Source of the DNA: Candidatus Latescibacterota bacterium
GTDB lineage: Bacteria > Latescibacterota > UBA2968 > UBA8231
Direction: 5' to 3'
NCBI GenBank assembly: GCA_965248355.1
Contig: OZ252098.1
Coordinates: 1,536,001 to 1,600,000, forward strand
Length of the DNA stretch: 64,000 bases
Shown in pieces: positions 38,565 through 48,401 of this stretch. The position numbers were made by a program, and so were the translations under genes. A model generated the notes under the pieces. The model ran no database searches. It saw only the letters and a program-made list of their open reading frames with translations, and was not told the DNA's origin. Each line of letters starts with the position of its first letter. The stretch's first letter is position 1.

Positions 38565-38656
38565 GACGGTCTTTCAGGTGGTACTTCTGACTTTGAAGAT
38601 GTGCCCGGGAAAAAGAGACATAAGTCCAATATCACCAGACACTAAGGAGAGAACCC

Positions 38657-40681
38657 ATGGCTCTGGTGGACCTTGCACGAAGAATGGCAATAACAGCGGC
38701 ATCGCTGCTGATCCTCTTCGGGGTTTCAGATGCCCAGGAGGAGCGTTTCTCGCGCTACGTAGGCTCCGAGGATCTGGGCCTCAACGACATGGACAGCGGC
38801 GGCAAGCCTTCGACGGCCGCCATCAGTGGCTTGACGGACATCACGGACTATGCCTTCGACGGCTCGGACCTGACCATTCCGTTTACACTTGAGGGGACGC
38901 AAACCGGTTCAGCGACGGTGTGGCTGGTCATCTACACCTCCGGCCAGAAGCCGCCCTTGACGATTGAAGGAGAAGGGCCTCCTCCCCACATCAAGGGCAA
39001 CTACGCCGATCCGGGATGGCATGTCTTCCAAGGGGTGGACTGGCTGGTCTACAGGTCTGACGGCGAGCGCTTTGATGCAGGCGACAACGAAATCGTCTGG
39101 AATGGCCGCGACATGGGCGGCAACGTGGTGGAAAAGGGCTCGTACGATCTCTTCCTGGCGGCCTTCGACGCCGACGCGAGGGCACACATCGTCGGCTACG
39201 CTCCGGGCCGGGGCGGCACGGGAGAAATGCTCATCGTCGATCCCGACGCCGAAACGCTGACGCGTCCCTACGAGTGGGTCGTCGACATGAACAACGACTT
39301 CATCAACAACCCCTCGGCGGCCACGTTCATCGACCGCACCGAAATCCACAATTCGGCTCCAGATGCGGGCGAAATTCCGGTCGGCCGTCACGTGTTCTGG
39401 TGGACGGACAGCGACCGGGAGCTGCCCTTCCACGTCTTCGACATGACCCCGCTCGGTTCGAGCGGCAACATCACCGACGACATGATGACCTATGTCGCCA
39501 ACGGTCAGAACCAGGGCGGTGGGCTGCTCTTCACGGGCACCTACGACCCTGTGGCACAAACGGCCGACGTCAACGAGGACTGGGGCGCGGACCATGGTGC
39601 CGTCAACGGATTCATCGATTACAAGGAGCTGCAGCCCACCCGCAAGTACGCGGTCCAGACCAACCCGGAGAAAACCAAGATTTACACCACCACCGGGATC
39701 GACGGCCTGATCGGCACGGTCGCCGTCTGGGATCTGGCAAGCGGCGAGAATCTCGCCTTGTGGGATCTATCCGAGATCTTCCTGTACGACAACAACGGCA
39801 GCGACCGGTGCGGCGGACCTGGTTGGTCAGGGCGGGACTACGCGGGTCAGCCCCCTGCCGAGGGTTTGACCCTCTCCGGACACCACACCTCGATCGTCAT
39901 GCGCCAGGACTACGATACCGGTGAGATCATGTGGATCAACCGGAACGGCGACGGCTTTGGCGACATGTACGTGCCGAAGACTTTTGGGGAGGAGCCGATT
40001 TACGGCCACACCTCGGGGGACGGCGCCAAGTACGGCATGAATGCGACGAAATGGGGCTGGACCTCCATTTCCCATACCGCCGTGAACTTCACCGATTACG
40101 GGTCCATGTTGGGTGAGGATGGCTCAGGGCTGTTCCTGTTTCAGCCGACGAACATTCCCAGTTCCGTTGCCAATTGGACAATGGTCGTCGACCACGACGA
40201 CAGCGCCTGGGACGGCTTCTACATCAGTGTAGGCGAGAATGACCCCGAGTTCAGATCGAATGACTGGGCGCCGCCCAAGCCCGAGGACGCCATCATCGAT
40301 TACTATTCCTACAAGTATTTCGTCCACCTGCCCTACGATCAGAAGCGGGTGAGCCTGGGCGAGATGCCGACGGCCGTTGCCGAGTTGGGCGGTGCCCTGC
40401 CTGCCAGCGCGGAACTGGGCGATGCCTATCCCAACCCGTTCAATCCCGAGACCACCATTCACTTCTCCCTGCCCTGGGAAGCACCGGTCAAGGTCGAGGT
40501 CTTCAATGACCAGGGCCAGCTGGTGACGACGCTGGTCAACGATCACATGGGTCCGGGGAACTTCTCCGTCACTTGGGACGGCAGAGATGCGAACGGCTCC
40601 GAGGTTGCGAGCGGGGTATACCTCTACAAGATCGAGAGTGTCAACCTGAGGTTGAGCAAGAAGGTCACCTTCCTCAAGTAG
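38657..40681 (+). CDS. Secreted protein with N-terminal FlgD-Ig and C-terminal FlgD/T9SS type-A-like sorting domain
   Basis: Signal peptide; VWNGRD..G..Y; C-terminal YPNPFNPETTIHF...WDGRD.NG..VASGVYLY...KKVTFLK. Confidence 0.82.
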   Translation: MALVDLARRMAITAASLLILFGVSDAQEERFSRYVGSEDLGLNDMDSGGKPSTAAISGLTDITDYAFDGSDLTIPFTLEGTQTGSATVWLVIYTSGQKPPLTIEGEGPPPHIKGNYADPGWHVFQGVDWLVYRSDGERFDAGDNEIVWNGRDMGGNVVEKGSYDLFLAAFDADARAHIVGYAPGRGGTGEMLIVDPDAETLTRPYEWVVDMNNDFINNPSAATFIDRTEIHNSAPDAGEIPVGRHVFWWTDSDRELPFHVFDMTPLGSSGNITDDMMTYVANGQNQGGGLLFTGTYDPVAQTADVNEDWGADHGAVNGFIDYKELQPTRKYAVQTNPEKTKIYTTTGIDGLIGTVAVWDLASGENLALWDLSEIFLYDNNGSDRCGGPGWSGRDYAGQPPAEGLTLSGHHTSIVMRQDYDTGEIMWINRNGDGFGDMYVPKTFGEEPIYGHTSGDGAKYGMNATKWGWTSISHTAVNFTDYGSMLGEDGSGLFLFQPTNIPSSVANWTMVVDHDDSAWDGFYISVGENDPEFRSNDWAPPKPEDAIIDYYSYKYFVHLPYDQKRVSLGEMPTAVAELGGALPASAELGDAYPNPFNPETTIHFSLPWEAPVKVEVFNDQGQLVTTLVNDHMGPGNFSVTWDGRDANGSEVASGVYLYKIESVNLRLSKKVTFLK

Positions 40682-40701
40682 GAGGCTCTCAGATGTTTCT
40701 C

Positions 40702-40737
40702 AAGTGCCACCGGTCTGTTGCCGGTGGCACTTTTTTT
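40702..40737 (+). terminator. Rho-independent terminator
   Basis: 12-bp stem AAGTGCCACCGG/CCGGTGGCACTT, 7-nt loop, T-run, ~20 nt after the stop. Confidence 0.88.
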
Positions 40738-40783
40738 GCCAAGAGACACCATAGAGACGAATCCCATAGGGAGGTGTGCCAGA

Positions 40784-42919
40784 GTGGACATTGGAAGATC
40801 TCTCCGCGCGGTGGCGCTCCCTGCCGCAGGGCTGTTGCTGGCACTCCACTGGCCGGTGGCTGCGCAGCTTCTCGAACGCGCTCCCATCGATACCTGGGCC
40901 ACCACGACCTACTATCTGGGCTACGCCGAATTTCCGGAGGCGACCAATGGCCGCATCCGCATAGCCGCCGCAGACCGCTATGACCTCTTCCTCAATGGGG
41001 ATCTGGTAGGGCGGGACGACGACCCCGGATCGGCCGAGGTCTACGATGTTCTGTTCAAGAAACGCACCAACATGGTGGCCGTCGTCGTCGGACATGACGG
41101 GACCACCGCCAGCGGCTACGGGCTGTTCTGCGTGCTGGAGGCCGATGGGGTGCTCATGCCGAGTTCCCCCACGGACCGCAGGACACCGTGGTTCTGGACC
41201 GATTTTGCTCTTCCAAACGAAGAGAAGGCCGAGTGGACGGAGCTGAGGCTCAACGAGCTTTCCGATCATGAGCAGGACGGCCAGAGCGTGACCTGGCGAA
41301 CGGTACAGGCCGGTACCCTCGACCCGCACGGATTCCCGGAGTTTGCCCACCTGGATCTCACCAGGGCCCGCAGCATAGCGGGCTTTCCCGGCGGCCTCGA
41401 CGGCAGCCGGGGTGGCCTGCGGCTGCGATCCTTCAAGGGGCAGAACCTCGCCTTCAACACCTTCTCCCGCGAACCCAAGCTCATCGACGGAGATATCGGC
41501 TCCCCGAAGAGCTACGGCAAAGGGGGGCGCGCACTGTTCGAGGAGGTTGAAGTCGACCTGGGGCGCCTGTTTCCAATCAACCGCGTAAGGGTTATCACGC
41601 AGCCCCCGGGGAGTTCCGGAAGCTACGAGGACAACTCGCTGCGTGGATACAGCGTTCTTGTCAGCAAGGACGGGGTCAACTACCTCGGTGTGGGGTCTCA
41701 GAACCAGATCACTGACTTCAACGAGACGGCGGTCGACTTCCCCACCATCATCGCCCGCTACATACGCATGGTGGTCACCGAGTTCGCCAACCGCAACGCC
41801 CTCCCCAAGGTCGGCGAGCTCGAAGTCTTTGGAGAGGGTCTCGATCGGCAGGGAACCTACCTCTCCCCTCCCCTCGATTTCGGTTCCACTGAGCGCAAGA
41901 ATTTCGACCGCGCCTTGCGGTTCGGCGACCCTTCAGCCACCGGGGAGATGGCCCTCCAGTTCCGCAGCGGAGACGATGGCGAGACCTGGAGCGGCTGGTC
42001 GACCTGGAGTCGGGATTCCGAGATTCAGCTCGCCGTGCCTGAACCCCGCCGCTTTCTCCAGTTCCAGGCGCTCATGCGGACATCCGACTCTTTCCAGGGT
42101 CCACAACTGGACAGCCTTGTCGTGCTCTACAGCGGTGCTCCCTTGCCGGCAACCGAAGCGGTAGCCTCAATCGTGCCGCTCCAGGCGCCCATCGGAGAGG
42201 ATGCGACATTCACCTATTCCCTCGAGCTCGAGATCGGCAACCAGGATTCCGGGATCGATCGCCTCGTAATCCTCACCTCGTGGCCGGCCCAGCTGGACAT
42301 CTCAAGCGTCGCCGGGGCCGTCAGCATCGACCTGGACCGAACCTACGCGACCGGGGATTCGCTCGTGATCGCCTTCGATCCCCCTATCGGCTCAGACGTG
42401 GAGATCGAGATTCCCTTCACATCCCGGCTGCTATCCGCGAGCCACACATTCCAGGGGCTGCTGTATGCACCGGGTACCGATCTCGCTCTTTCCGTCCAAC
42501 CGCGGGAAGGAGAGGATCCGCTCACGGGGCTGGCCTATTCGGTGGTCTCGGAGGCGGCGAGCTTCGATCTCCCTATTCTGCAGAATGTGCGCCCTTTTCC
42601 CCCCGTATTCACACCCAACGACGACGGGATCAACGATGGAGTCGGCTTCGGATTCACTCTGGGAAGAGTGTCCGCCGCACCCGTGCGCGTCGAGATCTAC
42701 GCCCTCGACGGCAACCTGGTCCGGACCCTGCCCGAGCAGCGCCTGAGTGCCGGCTATTCCGGGCCCTCCGACAGCGGGCGGGCGACGTTTCACTTCTCCT
42801 GGGATGGACGCGCACAGAGCGGGGACATCCTCTCCCCCGGACTGTACTTGTACCGCCTCGTGGTCGACACGGAGCCCGATCCTGAGATCGCCACCGGGGT
42901 CGTAGCAATCGCGTATTGA
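40784..42919 (+). CDS. Secreted protein with jelly-roll and discoidin (F5/8C) domains and a FlgD/type-B-like C-terminal domain
   Basis: GGAGGT RBS and GTG 40784; signal peptide; VDLGR..INRV..VSKDG..ARYIRM..ELEVFG (discoidin); FTPNDDGIND...WDGR...PGLYLY C-terminus. Confidence 0.8.
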   Translation: MDIGRSLRAVALPAAGLLLALHWPVAAQLLERAPIDTWATTTYYLGYAEFPEATNGRIRIAAADRYDLFLNGDLVGRDDDPGSAEVYDVLFKKRTNMVAVVVGHDGTTASGYGLFCVLEADGVLMPSSPTDRRTPWFWTDFALPNEEKAEWTELRLNELSDHEQDGQSVTWRTVQAGTLDPHGFPEFAHLDLTRARSIAGFPGGLDGSRGGLRLRSFKGQNLAFNTFSREPKLIDGDIGSPKSYGKGGRALFEEVEVDLGRLFPINRVRVITQPPGSSGSYEDNSLRGYSVLVSKDGVNYLGVGSQNQITDFNETAVDFPTIIARYIRMVVTEFANRNALPKVGELEVFGEGLDRQGTYLSPPLDFGSTERKNFDRALRFGDPSATGEMALQFRSGDDGETWSGWSTWSRDSEIQLAVPEPRRFLQFQALMRTSDSFQGPQLDSLVVLYSGAPLPATEAVASIVPLQAPIGEDATFTYSLELEIGNQDSGIDRLVILTSWPAQLDISSVAGAVSIDLDRTYATGDSLVIAFDPPIGSDVEIEIPFTSRLLSASHTFQGLLYAPGTDLALSVQPREGEDPLTGLAYSVVSEAASFDLPILQNVRPFPPVFTPNDDGINDGVGFGFTLGRVSAAPVRVEIYALDGNLVRTLPEQRLSAGYSGPSDSGRATFHFSWDGRAQSGDILSPGLYLYRLVVDTEPDPEIATGVVAIAY

Positions 42920-45609
42920 GGCCTATGCGCCATCCCCTCACCCTGATCCTCTGCTTCCTCCTGTGGGCCGTTCCGTCCGGCGGCCAGTTCCTCTCCAGGG
43001 ATACCCGCAAGCTGTGGGCCAACGAGGTGTTCGAGAACTACGGGGCCAACGGGTACCGGGACTACGATTTCGAGGAGGAGAATCGCCGTTTCGACATCTT
43101 CGGAGACCTCCTGATCGACGGCATCGATATCGTCGAATACAGCGAGGTACGCCGCAATGCGCCCGGACAGATAGGCAGCTACGAATCGCGCAGCGACGGC
43201 TACGACAACTTTTTTCAGAAACTCGTCATCGCCGACGAGGGGTTTGGCCGCTGGTCAACGCGGCTGATCATCGGCGAGCACCTGCGCACCGTCTTCACGC
43301 CCATGACCCTGAATCTCCCGAATTTCAACGGGGTCCGGTGGGATGGCTCATCGCGCAAGAGCCGATTCACTTTCATCGCCACGCACCTGAGAGATCCGCT
43401 CATTTTCCACAATCAGCTCGAGGAACGCCGGGTCTTCGGCACGGGTCTGGTAGGCGGACATTGGGAAAGCCAGGTGGGCGACATCCTCAAGATAGGCACG
43501 ACCTACGTCAACGCGCACCGCTTCGACGCCGAGGCCAGTGCCACCCTCAACGGCCTGAAGGGTGATGTTCCGGGCGTGGTCCAGGAGGGCGGGCTGCGCC
43601 GGGTCTTCGTTTTCTTCACCGACGACGCGCCCCACGATGCCGCGCCAGGGGCAACGGTCCACGGATTGACGATGTACGCAGACGGGATGGCCGTGGAACA
43701 GGTGCGAGTGGGGAAGATCGAGCGCATACTCGACCGCATCCCCGTTACCTCCGACCGAAGCAACACCGTCCCGCTGAATCCAAACGATGTGCACTACCTC
43801 CGCCGCAACGGCTCCTGGCTCCCGGCGGTGGTCGAGGCCAGCAACGTCAACTTCATTCCCATCCTGCTGGACCGCATCACGCTGCCGGCGGCGCCGGCTG
43901 GGAGTGGAGCGCCCCTGGTGGCCAATGGCACGGACGTGGTCTTCTACGAGTACGAGGTCCCCCACGGCGCCCGCGACGTCCGCTTCGAGGCGATTCTGGC
44001 CAACGACTACAGCGTCGACGTGGTCGGAGGCATGCAGGTACCCCTCTTCGATTCGGGGACCGACTACGGTGATCTTTTTTACGACTGGAACAATACGTTG
44101 CGAGCCAAGGGCAACCCGGGCAGCAGTTCCAACCTGCGCCGGGTGCACTTCCGCTACGGGCTTCCCACCGGTCTGGAAATACTGGGCTTCGACTTCGAGG
44201 CCGAGATCCTGGGCAGCAGCATCCAGGGCGAATACGCGCGCAGCACGAGATTCCTGAAGACTCCTGCCTCCGGCGGGGCTCGTCACGACCGCAAGAGTTC
44301 GACCTTCCATGTGAACCTCTTGAGATCTCTTGGCTCGAATGCGGAAGTGGGTCTGGAATGGTTCGATGTTCCATCCGACTACACCACCGATTTCCCCCTC
44401 TTTCGGGACTCGTCCCAGGGGTTTCCGGTGGGCGGCAAAGTCTATGATCGCTTTGCCCTGGTCGAGGACAACGACGATCTGGATACCTGGCCGGACCGGG
44501 CGGAACACGGGGACCCCCTTGCCTTCTACTCTCGCTCAACGGCAGAGGGCTACGGGGTCTTCCCGGGGTTGGACCTGAACCGGGACGGGCGGCTGGACCT
44601 CAACGTGGGCGGCAATGCCTATACACCTTTCCTGGGCTACTACATCGATCCCCCCGAGCTCGTCTACGGTGATGATTTCAACAACAACGGAATCGCCGAC
44701 CTGCGAGAGAACGACAACCTGCCGGACTACCTCTACCCCTTGGACCATCGCGGCTTGCACGCCTTCGTCTCCGTGAAGCCCACAGCGCGTTCCCTCGTGC
44801 GTTTCGGGGGATACCGCATGGGTCAGCCGATTCTGGGATTGTCCAGCCACGTGGCCTACGTGGAAGGCCAATACGAGCGCAAATGGAAGGAGTCCGGGCA
44901 CCTCCGTTTGAACCACCGGCTCAAATGGGCGGAGGATGATATTCCCAACACCATCTACCAGTTCGTCGATGAAGAGAGGCTGCCGACCGGTCTGCTCCGT
45001 AGGAGCCGCTACGAGCTGCAACCGGACCTGCTGCAGGATCGGGACAGCATCGACAACCTGACCCATCTCGAGGCCAGGGTGAAGGTCCTGCCCGGTCTGA
45101 ATATTCACAATGTCCTCTCATTCACGCACATCGACCTGGGGGGGGCGCCCCTCGATGATCCGCTCACGGCGGCGCCGGGTACGATCACCCACTTTTCAAT
45201 GGTCAACAAGGCGGACTACACCTGGCATTGGAACCCCTTCAAGATCATTACGCAGTTCAAGCACATCTTCCAGCGCAGCAAGTTCCCCGAGCGCGTCATT
45301 GCGGACAGACAGACGCGTTGGCTCATTCCCATTGTCCGCATGGACTACCAGGTGGGCCCCAACACAAGCCTCAAGACCGGCGTTCAAGGCCTTCCCCTGC
45401 TGCCGGAGAGATCCCTCGATCCCACCGCCAGTCCGGAGAGGAATTTCCACCGCCGTACCTGGACCGCCTTTCTGCAGAACAGAAGCAACCACCGCGGCTA
45501 TGACTTGACTTTGTTGTTCGGAACGTACCGCACCCATACCCGCTATACGGGCTCCCCGCGGCCGTCCCTGGGCTACGTGGAATACTTCTTCAAGGTCTTC
45601 ATAGGGTGA
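42916..45609 (+). CDS. Large secreted, putative outer-membrane beta-rich protein, paralog 1 (Ca-binding Asp motifs)
   Basis: Signal peptide; VEDNDDLDTWPD, GVFPGLDLNRDG, DDFNNNG; alternating amphipathic strands ending YFFKVFIG. Start is TTG 42916 or ATG 42925. Confidence 0.7.
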   Translation: MRPMRHPLTLILCFLLWAVPSGGQFLSRDTRKLWANEVFENYGANGYRDYDFEEENRRFDIFGDLLIDGIDIVEYSEVRRNAPGQIGSYESRSDGYDNFFQKLVIADEGFGRWSTRLIIGEHLRTVFTPMTLNLPNFNGVRWDGSSRKSRFTFIATHLRDPLIFHNQLEERRVFGTGLVGGHWESQVGDILKIGTTYVNAHRFDAEASATLNGLKGDVPGVVQEGGLRRVFVFFTDDAPHDAAPGATVHGLTMYADGMAVEQVRVGKIERILDRIPVTSDRSNTVPLNPNDVHYLRRNGSWLPAVVEASNVNFIPILLDRITLPAAPAGSGAPLVANGTDVVFYEYEVPHGARDVRFEAILANDYSVDVVGGMQVPLFDSGTDYGDLFYDWNNTLRAKGNPGSSSNLRRVHFRYGLPTGLEILGFDFEAEILGSSIQGEYARSTRFLKTPASGGARHDRKSSTFHVNLLRSLGSNAEVGLEWFDVPSDYTTDFPLFRDSSQGFPVGGKVYDRFALVEDNDDLDTWPDRAEHGDPLAFYSRSTAEGYGVFPGLDLNRDGRLDLNVGGNAYTPFLGYYIDPPELVYGDDFNNNGIADLRENDNLPDYLYPLDHRGLHAFVSVKPTARSLVRFGGYRMGQPILGLSSHVAYVEGQYERKWKESGHLRLNHRLKWAEDDIPNTIYQFVDEERLPTGLLRRSRYELQPDLLQDRDSIDNLTHLEARVKVLPGLNIHNVLSFTHIDLGGAPLDDPLTAAPGTITHFSMVNKADYTWHWNPFKIITQFKHIFQRSKFPERVIADRQTRWLIPIVRMDYQVGPNTSLKTGVQGLPLLPERSLDPTASPERNFHRRTWTAFLQNRSNHRGYDLTLLFGTYRTHTRYTGSPRPSLGYVEYFFKVFIG

Positions 45610-48395
45610 ACATGCCTGGACCGCACCGGAGAATCCCCGTCTGTATCGTGCTCCTGCTGGGAGCGCTGGGGAACCCGCTGTCGGCTCAACTCCTCTTCCG
45701 GTCCGCTGAGCCCTATGCCAACTATGCCTACGAAGGCTACTGGCCCTACGAGTCGGTGGTGTACGGCAGGGATCGCACGCCGCAGTTCGACAACCTGGGG
45801 CAATTCGTCATGAGCGGCTCGAGTGTCTTCGAGCTCCAGCAGCTTCACTCTCCTGGACGGGAAGATGGGAGCAGAATCAGCAAACCCAGGCTCTACAACA
45901 GCTATCTGAACCGACTGGTCGTCGCCAACGACAGCTACAAGGGCGTGGACACGCGCTTCATGATGGGCGACCGGATCCGCACCAAGTTCACACCCCTGAC
46001 CCTGGACCAGGCCGCCATGAACGGGATCCGCATGGATACCCGTTCCGATAGACTGTCACTCATCCTCGTCGGCTCGCGGGTGGACCGGCCCATATTCGAA
46101 TCCCCGGGAGACAGGGATCAATTCCTTCACGGCTCTCAGTTCGCCTCCTTCCGTCCCCGCTTGGCCACCTACCTGGTGGGCGCCGACCTGCGCACCCGGT
46201 GGACCGGTCTGGACGTGGGTATCAGCTGGGTCAACCAGTTCCGCACAGATACCTTCAAGGACATCGGAAAGAACAGCATCAGGGGAACCCTGCCCGCTAC
46301 CGACAGCCCGCCCGAATGGCTGGTGGTGCGGGTAGCCGATCAGAATCCCCATGACGATGCAGGGGTGCGGGTGCGGCGGGCGGTGGTGGTGCTCAACGGG
46401 CGCCAGGTCGAGCACACGCCGGGACCCTACGACAGGCTTTCTCCAGCGGACCTCACCCTCACGGTCACCGAGCACCCGAACCGGACGATCATCCCGCCCA
46501 TCTGGACGGCCCAGGGCCAGCTGGTGATAAACTATCCACACCTGGAGCCCACCCCACAGGGCTTCTACGAAACCCGCGGCGAGGGCAGCTTGCTGTTCTG
46601 GTTCAGGGTGCCCTCCCATTTCATCGGGACGGACACCCTTGCCGTTAGTCGGGCCCAGGTGGATCTGGATATGGCCGGGGACTACGTGGTCGAGCTGGCC
46701 GAGGTATACAAGCAGACCCCCATAACCAACAACCCCGCCACCTATTTCCATACCGCCGCGCAGGCGAAAGGCCGGCCCTCCGACCTGAACGACTATCGCC
46801 GGGTACGGGTTCGCTACGGCCGCCAGACCGCGCGCACGCTGGCCAGCGTGCACATGAATCTGGATATCAAGGGCTATCTGTTGCACGCCGAGTATGCAAG
46901 GAGCTTTTCCCATCGCGCCTACCCGGCCCTCACCGGCTCCCGGGGCGGCCTCTTTCAAAGCGATAGTCCCGCCTGGTATGTCCTGGGCCGCCGCGACTGG
47001 GACCGTTTCAGCCTGGGCGGCGAGCTCTTCGCCATGGATGCGGATTACTCCACTACCCTGTCGGTCCAGGACAGGGCCTTCCAAAGCTACACCGACGCCT
47101 TCAGCGGAAACTTCCAGCGATTCGAACCGCGGCTGCCCGACAGGATCGGCCCGAACCGGGCCGACGCGACGTACACCCTTGAATTCTCCACGGTAGACGA
47201 CAACGACGACAAGGACCCGTACCCAGACGTCTACTTCCTGCGCCGCCCTGCTCCCCGAGGACGTTTCCTCATGGACCCGGACGGCATCTTCCCGGGTCTG
47301 GACTCAGATCTGAACGGGCGTCCGGATATCAATGAGAACGCCAACCGGGTTCCGGACTACCACGAGCCCTTCCTGCTCTACAACGTCAATCCCGACGCCT
47401 ACGAATACGGCGACGACATGAACAACAACGCCGTCATCGACGTGCGTGAGGACGACCAGAAGCCTGATTTCCCCTACGATCCGGACCGGCGGGGCGTCCA
47501 TCTCTTCGTCCTGTTCCGCCCGCGCAAGGACATGTCCGTAACACTCGGCCGCCATGAGACGGAAGCCCCCAGTGCCGGCTCCCGGGCAGAGATGATCTAC
47601 GGCCGCTACGAGTACGATCGCCGGCTGCCTTACCTGGTGGACCTCTACGCCGTGGAGCGGCTCAAGCGAGTCCGGGACGACATCAGGGACGACGTCTTCG
47701 GCGTGGCACGGAACCCGATCTACTTCGAGCCGGATGTGATTCCGCTCAACATATTGACCCAGGAAGAACTCCTCAATCCCCTGGGCGAGGCGGTGCTGTT
47801 GCGGGACCCATTGCTCATGCGACGCAGCTGGGTGAACACCGCCTACGTTCGTGCCCGCTTCATCCGGATGCCGCCACTGAACGTGGAGCTGAGCCTGAAG
47901 TACGAGCTGAATTTCCAGCAGGAGACAACTCTGCAGCCGGACAATACGGTCAGCGGTCTGGCCCTTGTGGCCAAGGCAGACTACGAGTGGCGCCCGTGGA
48001 AGCAACTGCGGGTGATCCCCCAGCTCAAGTGGCTTCGGCAACGGCTCGAGGACGACGAGCGACGGGTTCTGGAAATCCACGAACGCTACTTCTATCCCAT
48101 TCTGCGCCTGGAATACCCGCTCTCATCACGGATGACGGCCAAGTTGGGAGCCCAGGGATTCCCGTTTCTGAAAAGCACCTACCGCAGCGAGGTTATCCCG
48201 GGGCTGGATTTCGACTCGGAGGTGTACGTCGTCATGGTGAGCAACACCTCATCCTATGTCGGCTATCAGCTCAACCTCAATGCCGGGTTCGAAAGGCGCA
48301 AGAGATCGTTCCTCGACGACTCCCTCGCCGCCCAGGACATCAACTACTCGCGGATCTTCCTCCGCGTCATCGCCGGCCTGAAGCCACTCTTCTAG
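45606..48395 (+). CDS. Large secreted, putative outer-membrane beta-rich protein, paralog 2
   Basis: Collinear motifs with paralog 1 (FTPLTL..NGIRMD, VDDNDDKDPYPD, GIFPGLD, DDMNNN); ends IFLRVIAGLKPLF. Confidence 0.7.
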   Translation: MNMPGPHRRIPVCIVLLLGALGNPLSAQLLFRSAEPYANYAYEGYWPYESVVYGRDRTPQFDNLGQFVMSGSSVFELQQLHSPGREDGSRISKPRLYNSYLNRLVVANDSYKGVDTRFMMGDRIRTKFTPLTLDQAAMNGIRMDTRSDRLSLILVGSRVDRPIFESPGDRDQFLHGSQFASFRPRLATYLVGADLRTRWTGLDVGISWVNQFRTDTFKDIGKNSIRGTLPATDSPPEWLVVRVADQNPHDDAGVRVRRAVVVLNGRQVEHTPGPYDRLSPADLTLTVTEHPNRTIIPPIWTAQGQLVINYPHLEPTPQGFYETRGEGSLLFWFRVPSHFIGTDTLAVSRAQVDLDMAGDYVVELAEVYKQTPITNNPATYFHTAAQAKGRPSDLNDYRRVRVRYGRQTARTLASVHMNLDIKGYLLHAEYARSFSHRAYPALTGSRGGLFQSDSPAWYVLGRRDWDRFSLGGELFAMDADYSTTLSVQDRAFQSYTDAFSGNFQRFEPRLPDRIGPNRADATYTLEFSTVDDNDDKDPYPDVYFLRRPAPRGRFLMDPDGIFPGLDSDLNGRPDINENANRVPDYHEPFLLYNVNPDAYEYGDDMNNNAVIDVREDDQKPDFPYDPDRRGVHLFVLFRPRKDMSVTLGRHETEAPSAGSRAEMIYGRYEYDRRLPYLVDLYAVERLKRVRDDIRDDVFGVARNPIYFEPDVIPLNILTQEELLNPLGEAVLLRDPLLMRRSWVNTAYVRARFIRMPPLNVELSLKYELNFQQETTLQPDNTVSGLALVAKADYEWRPWKQLRVIPQLKWLRQRLEDDERRVLEIHERYFYPILRLEYPLSSRMTAKLGAQGFPFLKSTYRSEVIPGLDFDSEVYVVMVSNTSSYVGYQLNLNAGFERRKRSFLDDSLAAQDINYSRIFLRVIAGLKPLF

Positions 48396-48401
48396 GGAAG
48401 C

